DNA of 63,133 bases, the filler included, from Methanobacteriota archaeon (GTDB lineage: Archaea > JACRDV01), in the NCBI GenBank assembly GCA_024860865.1. It is 6 parts of 6 records of this genome, joined end to end, with 100 filler letters (N's around TTAATTAATTAA, not from the genome) between each part and the next. Parts side by side here need not be neighbours in the genome. Positions count along the whole stretch, not along the records: positions 1 to 10,951 come from JACRDV010000009.1; positions 11,052 to 18,845 come from JACRDV010000092.1; 4 more parts are not named here. The stretch is one strand, 5' to 3'. Positions within the stretch are counted from its first letter, which is position 1, and each line of letters starts with the position of its first letter. Position numbers and translations under genes: made by a program. The notes below the pieces were generated by a model. That model was not told the DNA's origin. It worked only from the letters and a program-made list of their open reading frames with translations, and did not search any database. Below, in pieces: positions 10,089 to 18,945 of the stretch.

Positions 10089-10538
10089 AAACAATAAATG
10101 CAAATAAACAAATTATTATTTGAAAAATTTCAATATTCTTTTAAAAGTTTGTGTTTGATTTTTGTTGTTCCAGTGGAAATAAAGTATCTTTATTTAAATT
10201 TTTCTTTTTAATTTTTAATTTTAATCACTTAATAAAAATTTTCGGGCAAAAAATTTTCTTTCAACTCAATCGCTATCTACGGTGGATTATCCTTGCCTTT
10301 TACTCAGCAGAAAAAAGCAAAGAAAGATTGGATTGGAATGCGACGAGGCATCCGAAAAAGGTAGGACAAATTGCTTTTTTCGGAACTGATGAGCTTATAG
10401 TTATTGATAAATGGGGAACTGTTGCATCGATAACCAGTGAGTACTCAAGAGCCTTATGACTCTCTTATCCCTATATTTCAAGAGGAATTAATATCAAAAT
10501 AGTGGATTCTAGGAAGGGCAAAATATTGGGTAAGGTTA

Positions 10539-10790
10539 GTGAACTACCTACTGGCTAAAGCTAATGGCTTGAAGGCGGAGCTGGAGGCTTTTGTATTCTT
10601 GATCTAAAATTTGCTTCTTAATTTTTGTTAAAGCAACAACCTTTGCTTTTATTGTTTTCTTAACTTCCATGGTTTTAAACTGAAACATAAATTTTATTTA
10701 ACAATTTCCGAACAAAAAACAAGTGGAGAGAGGTGACCGAAAGTATTGCAATCCATCTCTCAGCTAAAGCAAAGAGTATTCCTTGCAAAG
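10539..10790. mobile_element. Non-autonomous IS200/IS605-family remnant (ends only)
   Basis: gaactacctactggctaaagctaatggctt and gcaatccatctctcagctaaagcaaagagtattccttgc resemble IS200/IS605 subterminal hairpins with CTAAAG loops; no tnpA/tnpB between them. Confidence 0.55.
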
Positions 10791-10810
10791 TTATTAATAA
10801 ACAATCTACT

Positions 10811-10951
10811 TCAATAGCATCAATTCCATTTCGTCGCCGTCCACGCTGAGAAGCACGCTGTCCAGACCGCTGCCAGCTACAAGGAAGCTGAGCGGATGTG
10901 TGCTGGTGTTGTAGGTGATATTTTGAGGCGAATCTATTTTTATGCTCGGCG
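10811..10951 (-). repeat. 141-bp exact reverse-complement copy of 62993-63133 at a contig end
   Basis: Direct comparison; one copy abuts an N-linker, the other the window end. Confidence 0.9.
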
Positions 10952-11051
10952 NNNNNNNNNNNNNNNNNNNNNNNNNNNNNNNNNNNNNNNNNNNNTTAAT
11001 TAATTAANNNNNNNNNNNNNNNNNNNNNNNNNNNNNNNNNNNNNNNNNNNN
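10952..11051. other. Artificial contig linker
   Basis: N-run with TTAATTAATTAA. Confidence 0.99.
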
Positions 11052-11151
11052 AGTTCACGATCACTGGTCCATGTTCTTCTGCGTGGGTTATTTGTTCCTC
11101 GTTTAGAAGTATGCTTAGCGTGTCGCCGATGCCATCATAGGTTATTTTCAC
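11052..11151 (-). CDS. DUF2283-family protein, truncated by contig end
   Basis: GTG start: (M)KITYDGIGDTLSILLNEEQITHAEEHGPVIVN. Confidence 0.65.
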
Positions 11152-11319
11152 TCGTATCTCCTCCTCTCAGCTGGGTAGAGGGTTATTATTAAGACCAGTA
11201 AGCCTGTCGGGGTTTTCAATACTTTTAATGACCTTTTCTTCAGTAACGCCTATTCTTAATAGTCTTTTAAGTTTCTCTCTTGCATGAGGAGTAAAGTTGA
11301 TACGCTTTTTGTCCTTCAT
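11148..11319 (-). pseudogene. DUF4258-family protein with internal deletion/frameshift
   Basis: MKDKKRINFTPHAREKL...IENPD, then family-like C-terminus LIITLYPAERRRYE in another frame. Confidence 0.6.
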
Positions 11320-11358
11320 TTCTTTAACCTTTTTAGCTACTACTTTGCCATAATTATA

Positions 11359-12080
11359 CTATATCATTATGTTTGACCTTTCTCCTATGATGAACCTCCT
11401 TCCTTTGGGTTTGGTGTTTTCGCTTGATGTTATGGTGGAGTAGGATTCTATGAGACTACCTGTTATTTTGTTGTTTATGTTGATGTGGCAGTTGTTCATG
11501 ATTATGCTGTTTTCGATTTCTCCTCTTTTGATTGTTACGTTGTTTCCTATGCTTGTGTAGGGTCCTATGTATACGTTGGGTTCTATGTTGTATTTTTTCC
11601 TATTATTGTTGGGCCTCATATTAGTGCTCCTTTTTTGATTGTTGTGTTTTCTTTGATCTTGTTACTCTTCCTTGTATGGAGTTTTTGTTTTCGATTTTTC
11701 CTTTTATTTCTGGTTTTAGTTCGTCGAGGACTAAGCGGTTAGCTTCGAGGATGGCTTCTGGAGCTCCTGTGTCCTTCCACCATCCTTTGACGAATTGGTA
11801 GCCGACATTGCATCCTTTGCCTAGTAGGAGTTGGATGGCTTCTGATATTTCGATTTCTCCTCTCCAAGAGGGTTTAAGCTGTTTGATCATTTCAAAGACT
11901 GTTGGTTTGAGGAAGTATATGCCTGTTAAAGCATAGTTACTTGGTGGTTGTTTTGGTTTTTCCACTAAGCCTGTTAGCTTTCCGTTTTTGTTGAATTTTG
12001 CTATCCGAATTGTTGTGTTTTCTACTTCGCATAGTATCATGGCGTCGTGGTTTGAGTTTTTGAAGCTTTCAGCATAGTGT
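11359..12080 (-). pseudogene. Glucose-1-phosphate thymidylyltransferase (long form), 5'-truncated and frameshifted
   Basis: EKPKQPPSNYALTG, PSWRGEIEI, WWKDTG, then hexapeptide repeats (YIGPYTSIG) in a second frame; N-terminal GxG motif absent. Confidence 0.8.
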
Positions 12081-12301
12081 GTACTACCCTTTACTAAATT
12101 TTTGGAGATTGGGCTTTTTAAAGAGTTTCTAGAGCTAAAAAAGGAGCATTTCTGAGGAAGCGGTTTGTGTAGCTCCGCACTGTTTTGAGAGCATTGGCAA
12201 AGATTATGAAGACAAGCAATTATGTTAGAAACAAAGGCAAAGAAAAAATTAAAGGCCTCACTCCAATTGCTAAAGCACTAGGTATCCTTTCTAGGTTAAC
12301 T

Positions 12302-12976
12302 ATGAAAAGTGCAGTTGTTATTCCAGCATATAATGAAGAAAAAACCATTGGAAAAGTTGTTAGCGAATCAAAGAAGTATGTTAATGAGGTTATTGTAGTT
12401 GATGATGGATCCACTGATCGCACCCTTGAAAACTCAAGGAAAGCTGGCGCGAAAGTTATAGCGCACAAAACAAACATTGGTTATGGCGCAGCCCTTCAAA
12501 CAGGAATAAAATACGCATTAAAAAATAATGCAGATGTTATAATCACTCTTGATGGCGATGGGCAGCACGACCCCAACTATATTCCAAAATTTGTTAAAAA
12601 AATTCTTTCCAGTTCAGATATTGTTATAGGTTCAAGGCTTTTAATGAAAAACTCGATAGCAGAAATACCATCACATAGAAGATTTGGAATTAAACTGATT
12701 ACAAAAATTGTAAATTTAATTAGTCAACTAAAAATGACTGACCTCCAAGGCGGATTTAGAGCTTATAGAAGGACAGTTTTTGAAGAGATAGAACCAAAAG
12801 ATTTTGGAATGGGTTTTTCAGTTGAGGTTCCAATAAAAGGAGCAAAAAAGGGATTTAGATTTGGAGAAGTACCAATTTTTGTGAGCTATAGAAAATATAC
12901 CTCGACTTACAATCCGCTCAGGCATGGATTAGCAATTCTATTTGCAACTTTTAGATACAGGTTTTTTGGCCGGTGA
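12302..12976 (+). CDS. Glycosyltransferase family 2 (DPM1-like)
   Basis: VIPAYNEE, VVDDGSTD, DGDGQH motifs. Confidence 0.92.
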   Translation: MKSAVVIPAYNEEKTIGKVVSESKKYVNEVIVVDDGSTDRTLENSRKAGAKVIAHKTNIGYGAALQTGIKYALKNNADVIITLDGDGQHDPNYIPKFVKKILSSSDIVIGSRLLMKNSIAEIPSHRRFGIKLITKIVNLISQLKMTDLQGGFRAYRRTVFEEIEPKDFGMGFSVEVPIKGAKKGFRFGEVPIFVSYRKYTSTYNPLRHGLAILFATFRYRFFGR

Positions 12977-14106
12977 AAATGAAGATCGCATTTGTTCCTG
13001 AATTTTATATTCCACACATAGGAGGAGGTGAGGTTTGGGCACATCAAGTGGCTAAGGAATTAGCTAAGCGCGGCCACGAGGTTCATGTTTATACTTATAG
13101 GCACAGTGATCAGAGAAATAATGGAATGATAGATGGTGTGTTTGTTCATAGAAAGGGTTTATTTGTTGTTAACAGAGTCCAAGCACACTTTAAACGAGCT
13201 TTTTCGCAAATTCATTGTATTTTTGGAGAACTTATATCAGAGAATTTTGATATTATACATTCAAATCAGTTTATCCCATTAATCCCATCATTTGTAGTCT
13301 CTAAAATCAAGAAAGTACCGATCGTAGCAACTTTTCATGATATCTATTTTAAAGACTACTGGATTAATACTTACGGGCCTTTTTGGGGCACTATTGCTAA
13401 TTTGATTGAAAAAACTTGTGCTAAACCAAATTATGATGCTATAATAGCAGTTAGTCACTCAACAAAACAAAAGCTAATCAAAATAGGTTGCTCAAAAGAA
13501 AAAATTGATGTAATTTATGGAGGTGTTGATTTAGAATTATATGATTCAATTAATCAACCAAAGATTCATCCACCGCAAATTTGCTATATAGGGCGCCTCA
13601 TTCAGCATAAGCATGTTGATGTTTTAATCAGTGCATTTTTCAAAGTTCTAAAAAAAGTACCTGAAGCTCAACTCGTAATTGTTGGGAGTGGACCGGAAAA
13701 GAAAAGGCTTGAAGATTTATCAAAAAGGTTAGGAATTTCAGAAGATGTAAATTTCGTCGGCAAAGTTTCAGAAATTGAAAAAATTCGTATTTTAAAAGCT
13801 TCGCAAGTTTTTGTTTCGCCCTCAACAATGGAAGGCTTTGGCTTAACCTTAATCGAGGCGATGGCATGTTTAACGCCTTCTATAGCTGTTAGAATTCCGG
13901 CTACTCGAGAGATAATAAAAGAAGATGATACCGGATTTTTAGTAGAGCCCAATAGCATAGGTACACTGGCAAATGTCATTATTAAGTTGCTTCAAGATGA
14001 AGATTTGCAACATAAAATTGGTCAAGCCACGAGGAAAGTTGTTGAGGAAAAATTTACATGGAAAAAAACTGTTGATAAATTAGAAAAAATTTATTGCAAA
14101 TTGTAA
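12973..14106 (+). CDS. Glycosyltransferase family 4
   Basis: HIGGGE, GRLIQHK, EGFGLTLIEAMA motifs. Confidence 0.93.
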   Translation: MKMKIAFVPEFYIPHIGGGEVWAHQVAKELAKRGHEVHVYTYRHSDQRNNGMIDGVFVHRKGLFVVNRVQAHFKRAFSQIHCIFGELISENFDIIHSNQFIPLIPSFVVSKIKKVPIVATFHDIYFKDYWINTYGPFWGTIANLIEKTCAKPNYDAIIAVSHSTKQKLIKIGCSKEKIDVIYGGVDLELYDSINQPKIHPPQICYIGRLIQHKHVDVLISAFFKVLKKVPEAQLVIVGSGPEKKRLEDLSKRLGISEDVNFVGKVSEIEKIRILKASQVFVSPSTMEGFGLTLIEAMACLTPSIAVRIPATREIIKEDDTGFLVEPNSIGTLANVIIKLLQDEDLQHKIGQATRKVVEEKFTWKKTVDKLEKIYCKL

Positions 14107-14441
14107 AGCAGAGCTTAGCCCCCTCGCTTATTTAGCCTTCTGGGCTAGTAAAGTTAGCTAGTAACCGATCAAGTCAGCCACATATTAGAGATGCGGGTGC
14201 ACTCCACCATTAGTGATATTAAAAAAAGCTTTGAAATAGGCTAAGATGCTATGGAAATCAAGGGGTATAAATAGCAGAGTGATTGATTTGGCACAGAAGA
14301 GATCCATGGATTTCATGCAACCAAAAGACCCGAAAGTTTATCCAGAAATTTTAGTGCAAAGACATTAAGATGCCTAACACTACTGATAACTCAAATTAAA
14401 CGCTAACTTTATATCATTTTAGTTGTAAAAATGTAACCAAC

Positions 14442-15065
14442 GTGACAAAAATGCAACTATTAGAAATATTTTTTGGATCAAAGACAAAAATTAAGATTCT
14501 GAGAACACTTTGTCAACAAAAACAATGGAATTTTAGCGTGGTAGAATTGTCAAAGGATTTAAGTCTGAATAAGGGAGTTGTTTCAAGAGTTTTGAACCAA
14601 TTACAGAAAGATGGCATAGTTAAAATAATCAGAAAGGGCAAAGTGAAACTCTGTAGAGTAAACAGGGAAAACAGGATAGTCAACGAGTTAATAGTACCGA
14701 TTTTCGAAAAAGAACAGAATATTATCGACTCTATTTTGAAATACTTTTTAAAGGAGCTAAATCCCAGAAGGTTTAGGTCAGTGCTCTCAGTAATAGCATA
14801 CGGCTCTGTAGTAAAGGGATTGTTCAAGCTAACATCTGATCTGGACTTAATGTTGATTCTGTCGAATAAGAGTGAAATAAGTTCTATTAAAAAAATATTA
14901 GATAAAATAGTTGATAAATTTTCGAAGGAAGATATAATTTTATTTTGCGACTTAATAACTAGAGAAGAGTTCAGAAAGTTATATGAGCAGAATGAGCCGT
15001 CTGTCAAAGATATAGCCAGATTCAACAGAGTATTGTATGGAAAAGATGTGTTGGAGTTGATGTGA
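14442..15065 (+). CDS. wHTH-minimal nucleotidyltransferase (MNT) antitoxin
   Basis: N-terminal HTH; YGSVVKG...SDLDL motif. Confidence 0.85.
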   Translation: MTKMQLLEIFFGSKTKIKILRTLCQQKQWNFSVVELSKDLSLNKGVVSRVLNQLQKDGIVKIIRKGKVKLCRVNRENRIVNELIVPIFEKEQNIIDSILKYFLKELNPRRFRSVLSVIAYGSVVKGLFKLTSDLDLMLILSNKSEISSIKKILDKIVDKFSKEDIILFCDLITREEFRKLYEQNEPSVKDIARFNRVLYGKDVLELM

Positions 15066-15448
15066 TGAGAATAGAGCCAAAGGAGAATGCTATCCAGAGA
15101 ATAAAAGATGCTTTAGAATTTCTTGAATCTGCAAAAGATAATTCGGATAAAAGAAGGTTCAAAGCTTCTGTCGATAATGCTGTGGATGCTATCATAGCCG
15201 CCAACGATGCATTTACCATTTCCCTGATTCAACAGATACCAACTTCCGACCACCAAGAGGCTATTAGACTGCATAAAGAAGCTGGTAAAAAGATAAACGC
15301 GAACCAGTCTTCGACCTTGAAACAGTTGTTAGACCTTAGACACCAAAAAACTTACAGACCTGTTATGGTTTCAAAAGCAATTGCAGAGGAGACTTTGAGA
15401 AAATCTATCAACTTTGTGCGTTGGGTTCAGGAACAGTTGAAAATCTAA
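15062..15448 (+). CDS. HEPN domain protein
   Basis: Helical protein coupled to MNT; DHQEA and LRHQKTY motifs. Confidence 0.8.
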   Translation: MMRIEPKENAIQRIKDALEFLESAKDNSDKRRFKASVDNAVDAIIAANDAFTISLIQQIPTSDHQEAIRLHKEAGKKINANQSSTLKQLLDLRHQKTYRPVMVSKAIAEETLRKSINFVRWVQEQLKI

Positions 15449-15646
15449 GTTTTAATGTTTGTATAGCTTGCTTCAAAATTAGCTATTGCCACATATGTTT
15501 ATTTTCTACTTGTAATCGGAGTTTTAGGCCAACTATTTTGGTTCATAAAGGAAAAAAACAATCAAAGTATTTAATATGAAGTGTGAACCCTTTGGAAAGC
15601 CACTTGAATAAATCGAAGTTTGATAATCCTCACTTCTTTTTCTCCT

Positions 15647-15802
15647 TTAAGCTTTGATTGCCCATACTAAAAAATAATAAAACTCTTGTATACCATCTCT
15701 TCTAAGAGCGATATGACTGCCCTTTTGATGATGAATGTAAAAGCCTGCCTTTACAAGTGCTTTAACGACATCTCGGGAAGAGACCACCGGAAGCTTTGGC
15801 AT
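15647..15802 (-). pseudogene. hicA: HicA toxin, 3'-truncated
   Basis: MPKLPVVSSRDVVKALVKAGFYIHHQKGSH; the expected VPxH...GTL C-terminus is replaced by unrelated sequence. Confidence 0.75.
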
Positions 15803-15803
15803 C

Positions 15804-16010
15804 TTACACTTCCACGGAAACGACCCTGTCGGTATTTTTCAGCTTGCTGAGGTCTTTTTCTTGACTCTCTAGGTAAACCTCTATAGCCTCTTTAATATTC
15901 CTTTTTACTTCTTCAAGGGTTTCCCCTTGGGAAAAACAGCCTGGGAGGGATGGGACCTCGGCCCAGAAGCCTCCTTCTTCTGCTTCATGAATTATAACCT
16001 TATATCTCAT
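15804..16010 (-). CDS. hicB: HicB antitoxin
   Basis: EEGGFWAEVPSLPGCFSQGETLEE...IKEAI. Confidence 0.9.
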   Translation of the reverse strand: MRYKVIIHEAEEGGFWAEVPSLPGCFSQGETLEEVKRNIKEAIEVYLESQEKDLSKLKNTDRVVSVEV

Positions 16011-16367
16011 TGGACTACACTCCATTAACGTATTTAATATATTCCATTGCCACTTCAAAGCCCCCGCTAGAGATTCGACCTTACCCAGTTCGACGAGCCG
16101 AGGAGGTGGGTATCTACGAGGTTATCCTAATTCAACTACATCACTACTTGTTAGTTCTTTCCTCCCTATTAAAACATTCTTCTGCTTTTTTTAAAATATT
16201 CTTTTGTTTTTAGAGCCATTTATAATCAATTTTATTCGGCGAAAAGGAAGGCAAGTGAAATCGAATTTAAAATCTTATTAAAAAACCAGATTTTCTTTCT
16301 CTTTTTTTTGTAGTATTTGATGGGACTTTATCCTTTTCTTACAATTAATTTTATTTCAAATTTTTTA

Positions 16368-18845
16368 TCAAATTTTTTTAATTACTCCTCCAAAAAATCT
16401 AGAATGCGATGTTAACGATATAAGCAAAATTGCAAATGTGAGGGATGAGATAATCAAACCCAAGCTATAATATTTTTGTCTTGTAAACTTCAAAGTTATT
16501 TTGAGGTCTCCGGCCTTCCCAATATAATATCCATTCGCGAATGAATTTGCGATAAAAGGTTTTACTTCAACATTATTCACAAATGCCGTCCAGTATGGAT
16601 TGTAAGCCTCGCTAAAAATTAAAATAAATGGTTTCTCTGCATTTACATTAACAACATATTCAGATGGGTTTAATTTTTGGTAACTAATTTTTGCTGGGTA
16701 AACTAATTTTTTAGCTTCAGAAGTCGATTTCACCATCAACTGATCTAAGCGGATCCCTTCCTTTGCAATGAATGAGAAATTGTGATATCCTCCCTCTAAA
16801 AGTAGTTCTCCAACCTTTTGCCAACAAAAGCTTGAGTTCAAATAAACTTCGAATTTTTCACTTCCGATTTTAACAAAAAGGTTTGGCTGAGAAGTTTTGT
16901 TTGCAGCAGCCCTCAGGTAAACAGAATATTCACCTCTTTTTGGAACATAAATCGACCCCTTCATCTCATCTGCATTATCGGAAGCTTCAATATAACCTAG
17001 GCTTGCGTTTAAATTCCAGTCATTTGAAAATACCCATCCTTTACTCAGTTCAAATTTTTCTAATTCAGATAACAAAACAATTCTTTTATTTTGGAATGAA
17101 CTTGCAATTTTTTCATGCGCTCTGCTCAAATCTTCTACGGGAGCAACAGCGATTCTTGCTATAACATTTTCTCCATCTTCTAAATTCCGAATTTTTAAAA
17201 TATGATTTCCTTCCTTAAGTGTCTTTGAGCCTAAATAAACCCATTTAAATCCCAACTCATTCTCAGCCTTCGTATCCATTTGTTTTATTTCAGCTCCATC
17301 AATCTCAAAAGTTAATGGCACTCCTTTAGGACCAAAGAATAGCTTTATCCAAATGGCATGTTCTCCGCTTTTTCTAGCAATGAATGGTATAATCAAGTCC
17401 GCTTTTGACATAGTAAAAGCAGAATTTTCTATTGCTGATTGATATCCGTAATTATACCACCACCATAATGGAATTGAAACCCAACTCTTTTTTGGATTGT
17501 ATTCTGCTAAATTTGCACCAGGTTCTATTTTGCTGCCATCACTGAACGAGAGAACCAAGTCATAAAATTCATTGTTAATAATTATTGCGGTATCAGAAAT
17601 GTCAAGCAGCAAGGTATTCTCTGGTTTAAGTTGACTGGCAAAAAACAGTGTAGAATTTGCAAAATCTTCGTCAACATAACTCAATATCACAAAAGCTGAG
17701 CGGTCACCTGCTACTATTGCAATATTATCGGCAGAGCAAATATGCTGTTTAATATCTTTCACTTCTAAGATGCGCAAAGACTTCATTGCCTTTACTTCAT
17801 TAATATCAGCCTGTTTGCTCAAAACATTGTCTAATTTGTTATTTGTTAGGAAGAGATGGGGATAATGCATTAAATAACCCGTATACTGATATTCTGTTTC
17901 TACATTACTTCTTTGGATTATGTATTTAATATTGGAAATGCCCAATATTTTTTCCAAATTTTTGGTTCGATTTTGGTAAAAAGTGGCAGTCAAGAATTGG
18001 ATGAATCTCGATGGTTCGTCGTTTCTTTCATCATAAAAAAAAATAGTAGGTTTTGGTGGATAGCCTATAATTGGATCCACTCCAACAAACTTCATTCCTT
18101 GATATCGAAAAGGCTGCACCCAAGGAGTCCATAAGACTCTGAAGTCACCTTGATCTTTCATTAGCCAATCATTTAAACCTTTATATTCATCACTAAATCT
18201 GAATGTTTGCAAATTTTCATAAAAATCTCCTGTAAAAGTTGGCCAAGAGTAGATTATCACCATTACAATTAGTCCCAGACTTATTGCCAAATGAAAACAA
18301 TTACGAAAATAAGCTACAAAAGATTTTTTAAAAACGTTATAAATCCTTAAAGAGAGCTCTTCACTAAAGATTCCAAGAAGTACAGCATATGCTAAGCAAG
18401 TTAAAGCAACAAATTTGTATGGACTTCTGAACAATTGGAAAAATGGAATATTTTGCAACATCCATATGTAAGCTTCTCCAAATGGAGGTTGAGCACCTTT
18501 TCCCAAAAAAATTGAAATTAAAGCTAATGAAATAAAAAATATAACTTTTTTATCTCTTTTCAAAAAGATTGTTAAAAAAGCAAAAGCTGGCAAAAGAAAA
18601 CTGATTGTTTCCCATAATATACTTGGATTGAGTTGAACTGAAAGCTCAAAGTAACTTGGCCGGTAACCCATTAATCTAACAACATCTGTTAAGGGAAAAC
18701 TTCTGACTTTAGTGTAGTAAGTTGTGAAGATATAGCCTGCAGTCAATTGCTCTTTATAAACTATTGAAATCAATAGAGGAATAACCCAATGAGCATTTAA
18801 GAGAAACAAAATTGATAATACTATTCCAATTGCTTTAATAGAGAT
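16368..18845 (-). CDS. Large GT-C-type membrane protein (AftD/DUF3367 or YfhO-like) with extracellular beta-sandwich domains; 5'-truncated
   Basis: TM segments with FRSPYKF, FRVLW; C-terminal LIFSEAYNPYW...ANSFANGY and terminal TM. Confidence 0.65.
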   Translation of the reverse strand: MSIKAIGIVLSILFLLNAHWVIPLLISIVYKEQLTAGYIFTTYYTKVRSFPLTDVVRLMGYRPSYFELSVQLNPSILWETISFLLPAFAFLTIFLKRDKKVIFFISLALISIFLGKGAQPPFGEAYIWMLQNIPFFQLFRSPYKFVALTCLAYAVLLGIFSEELSLRIYNVFKKSFVAYFRNCFHLAISLGLIVMVIIYSWPTFTGDFYENLQTFRFSDEYKGLNDWLMKDQGDFRVLWTPWVQPFRYQGMKFVGVDPIIGYPPKPTIFFYDERNDEPSRFIQFLTATFYQNRTKNLEKILGISNIKYIIQRSNVETEYQYTGYLMHYPHLFLTNNKLDNVLSKQADINEVKAMKSLRILEVKDIKQHICSADNIAIVAGDRSAFVILSYVDEDFANSTLFFASQLKPENTLLLDISDTAIIINNEFYDLVLSFSDGSKIEPGANLAEYNPKKSWVSIPLWWWYNYGYQSAIENSAFTMSKADLIIPFIARKSGEHAIWIKLFFGPKGVPLTFEIDGAEIKQMDTKAENELGFKWVYLGSKTLKEGNHILKIRNLEDGENVIARIAVAPVEDLSRAHEKIASSFQNKRIVLLSELEKFELSKGWVFSNDWNLNASLGYIEASDNADEMKGSIYVPKRGEYSVYLRAAANKTSQPNLFVKIGSEKFEVYLNSSFCWQKVGELLLEGGYHNFSFIAKEGIRLDQLMVKSTSEAKKLVYPAKISYQKLNPSEYVVNVNAEKPFILIFSEAYNPYWTAFVNNVEVKPFIANSFANGYYIGKAGDLKITLKFTRQKYYSLGLIISSLTFAILLISLTSHSRFFGGVIKKI

Positions 18846-18945
18846 NNNNNNNNNNNNNNNNNNNNNNNNNNNNNNNNNNNNNNNNNNNNTTAATTAATTA
18901 ANNNNNNNNNNNNNNNNNNNNNNNNNNNNNNNNNNNNNNNNNNNN
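18846..18945. other. Artificial contig linker
   Basis: N-run with TTAATTAATTAA. Confidence 0.99.

Noticed and set aside
10151-10459. 102-aa ORF
   Set aside because: Low-complexity F/L/N-rich translation of AT-rich intergenic DNA with no recognisable motif
10952-11051. TTAATTAATTAA palindrome within N-runs, repeated five times in the window
   Set aside because: Artificial contig linker with stops in all frames; not biological
12185-12301. N-terminal extension of the GT2 ORF
   Set aside because: The family domain begins at ATG 12302; the upstream part looks non-coding
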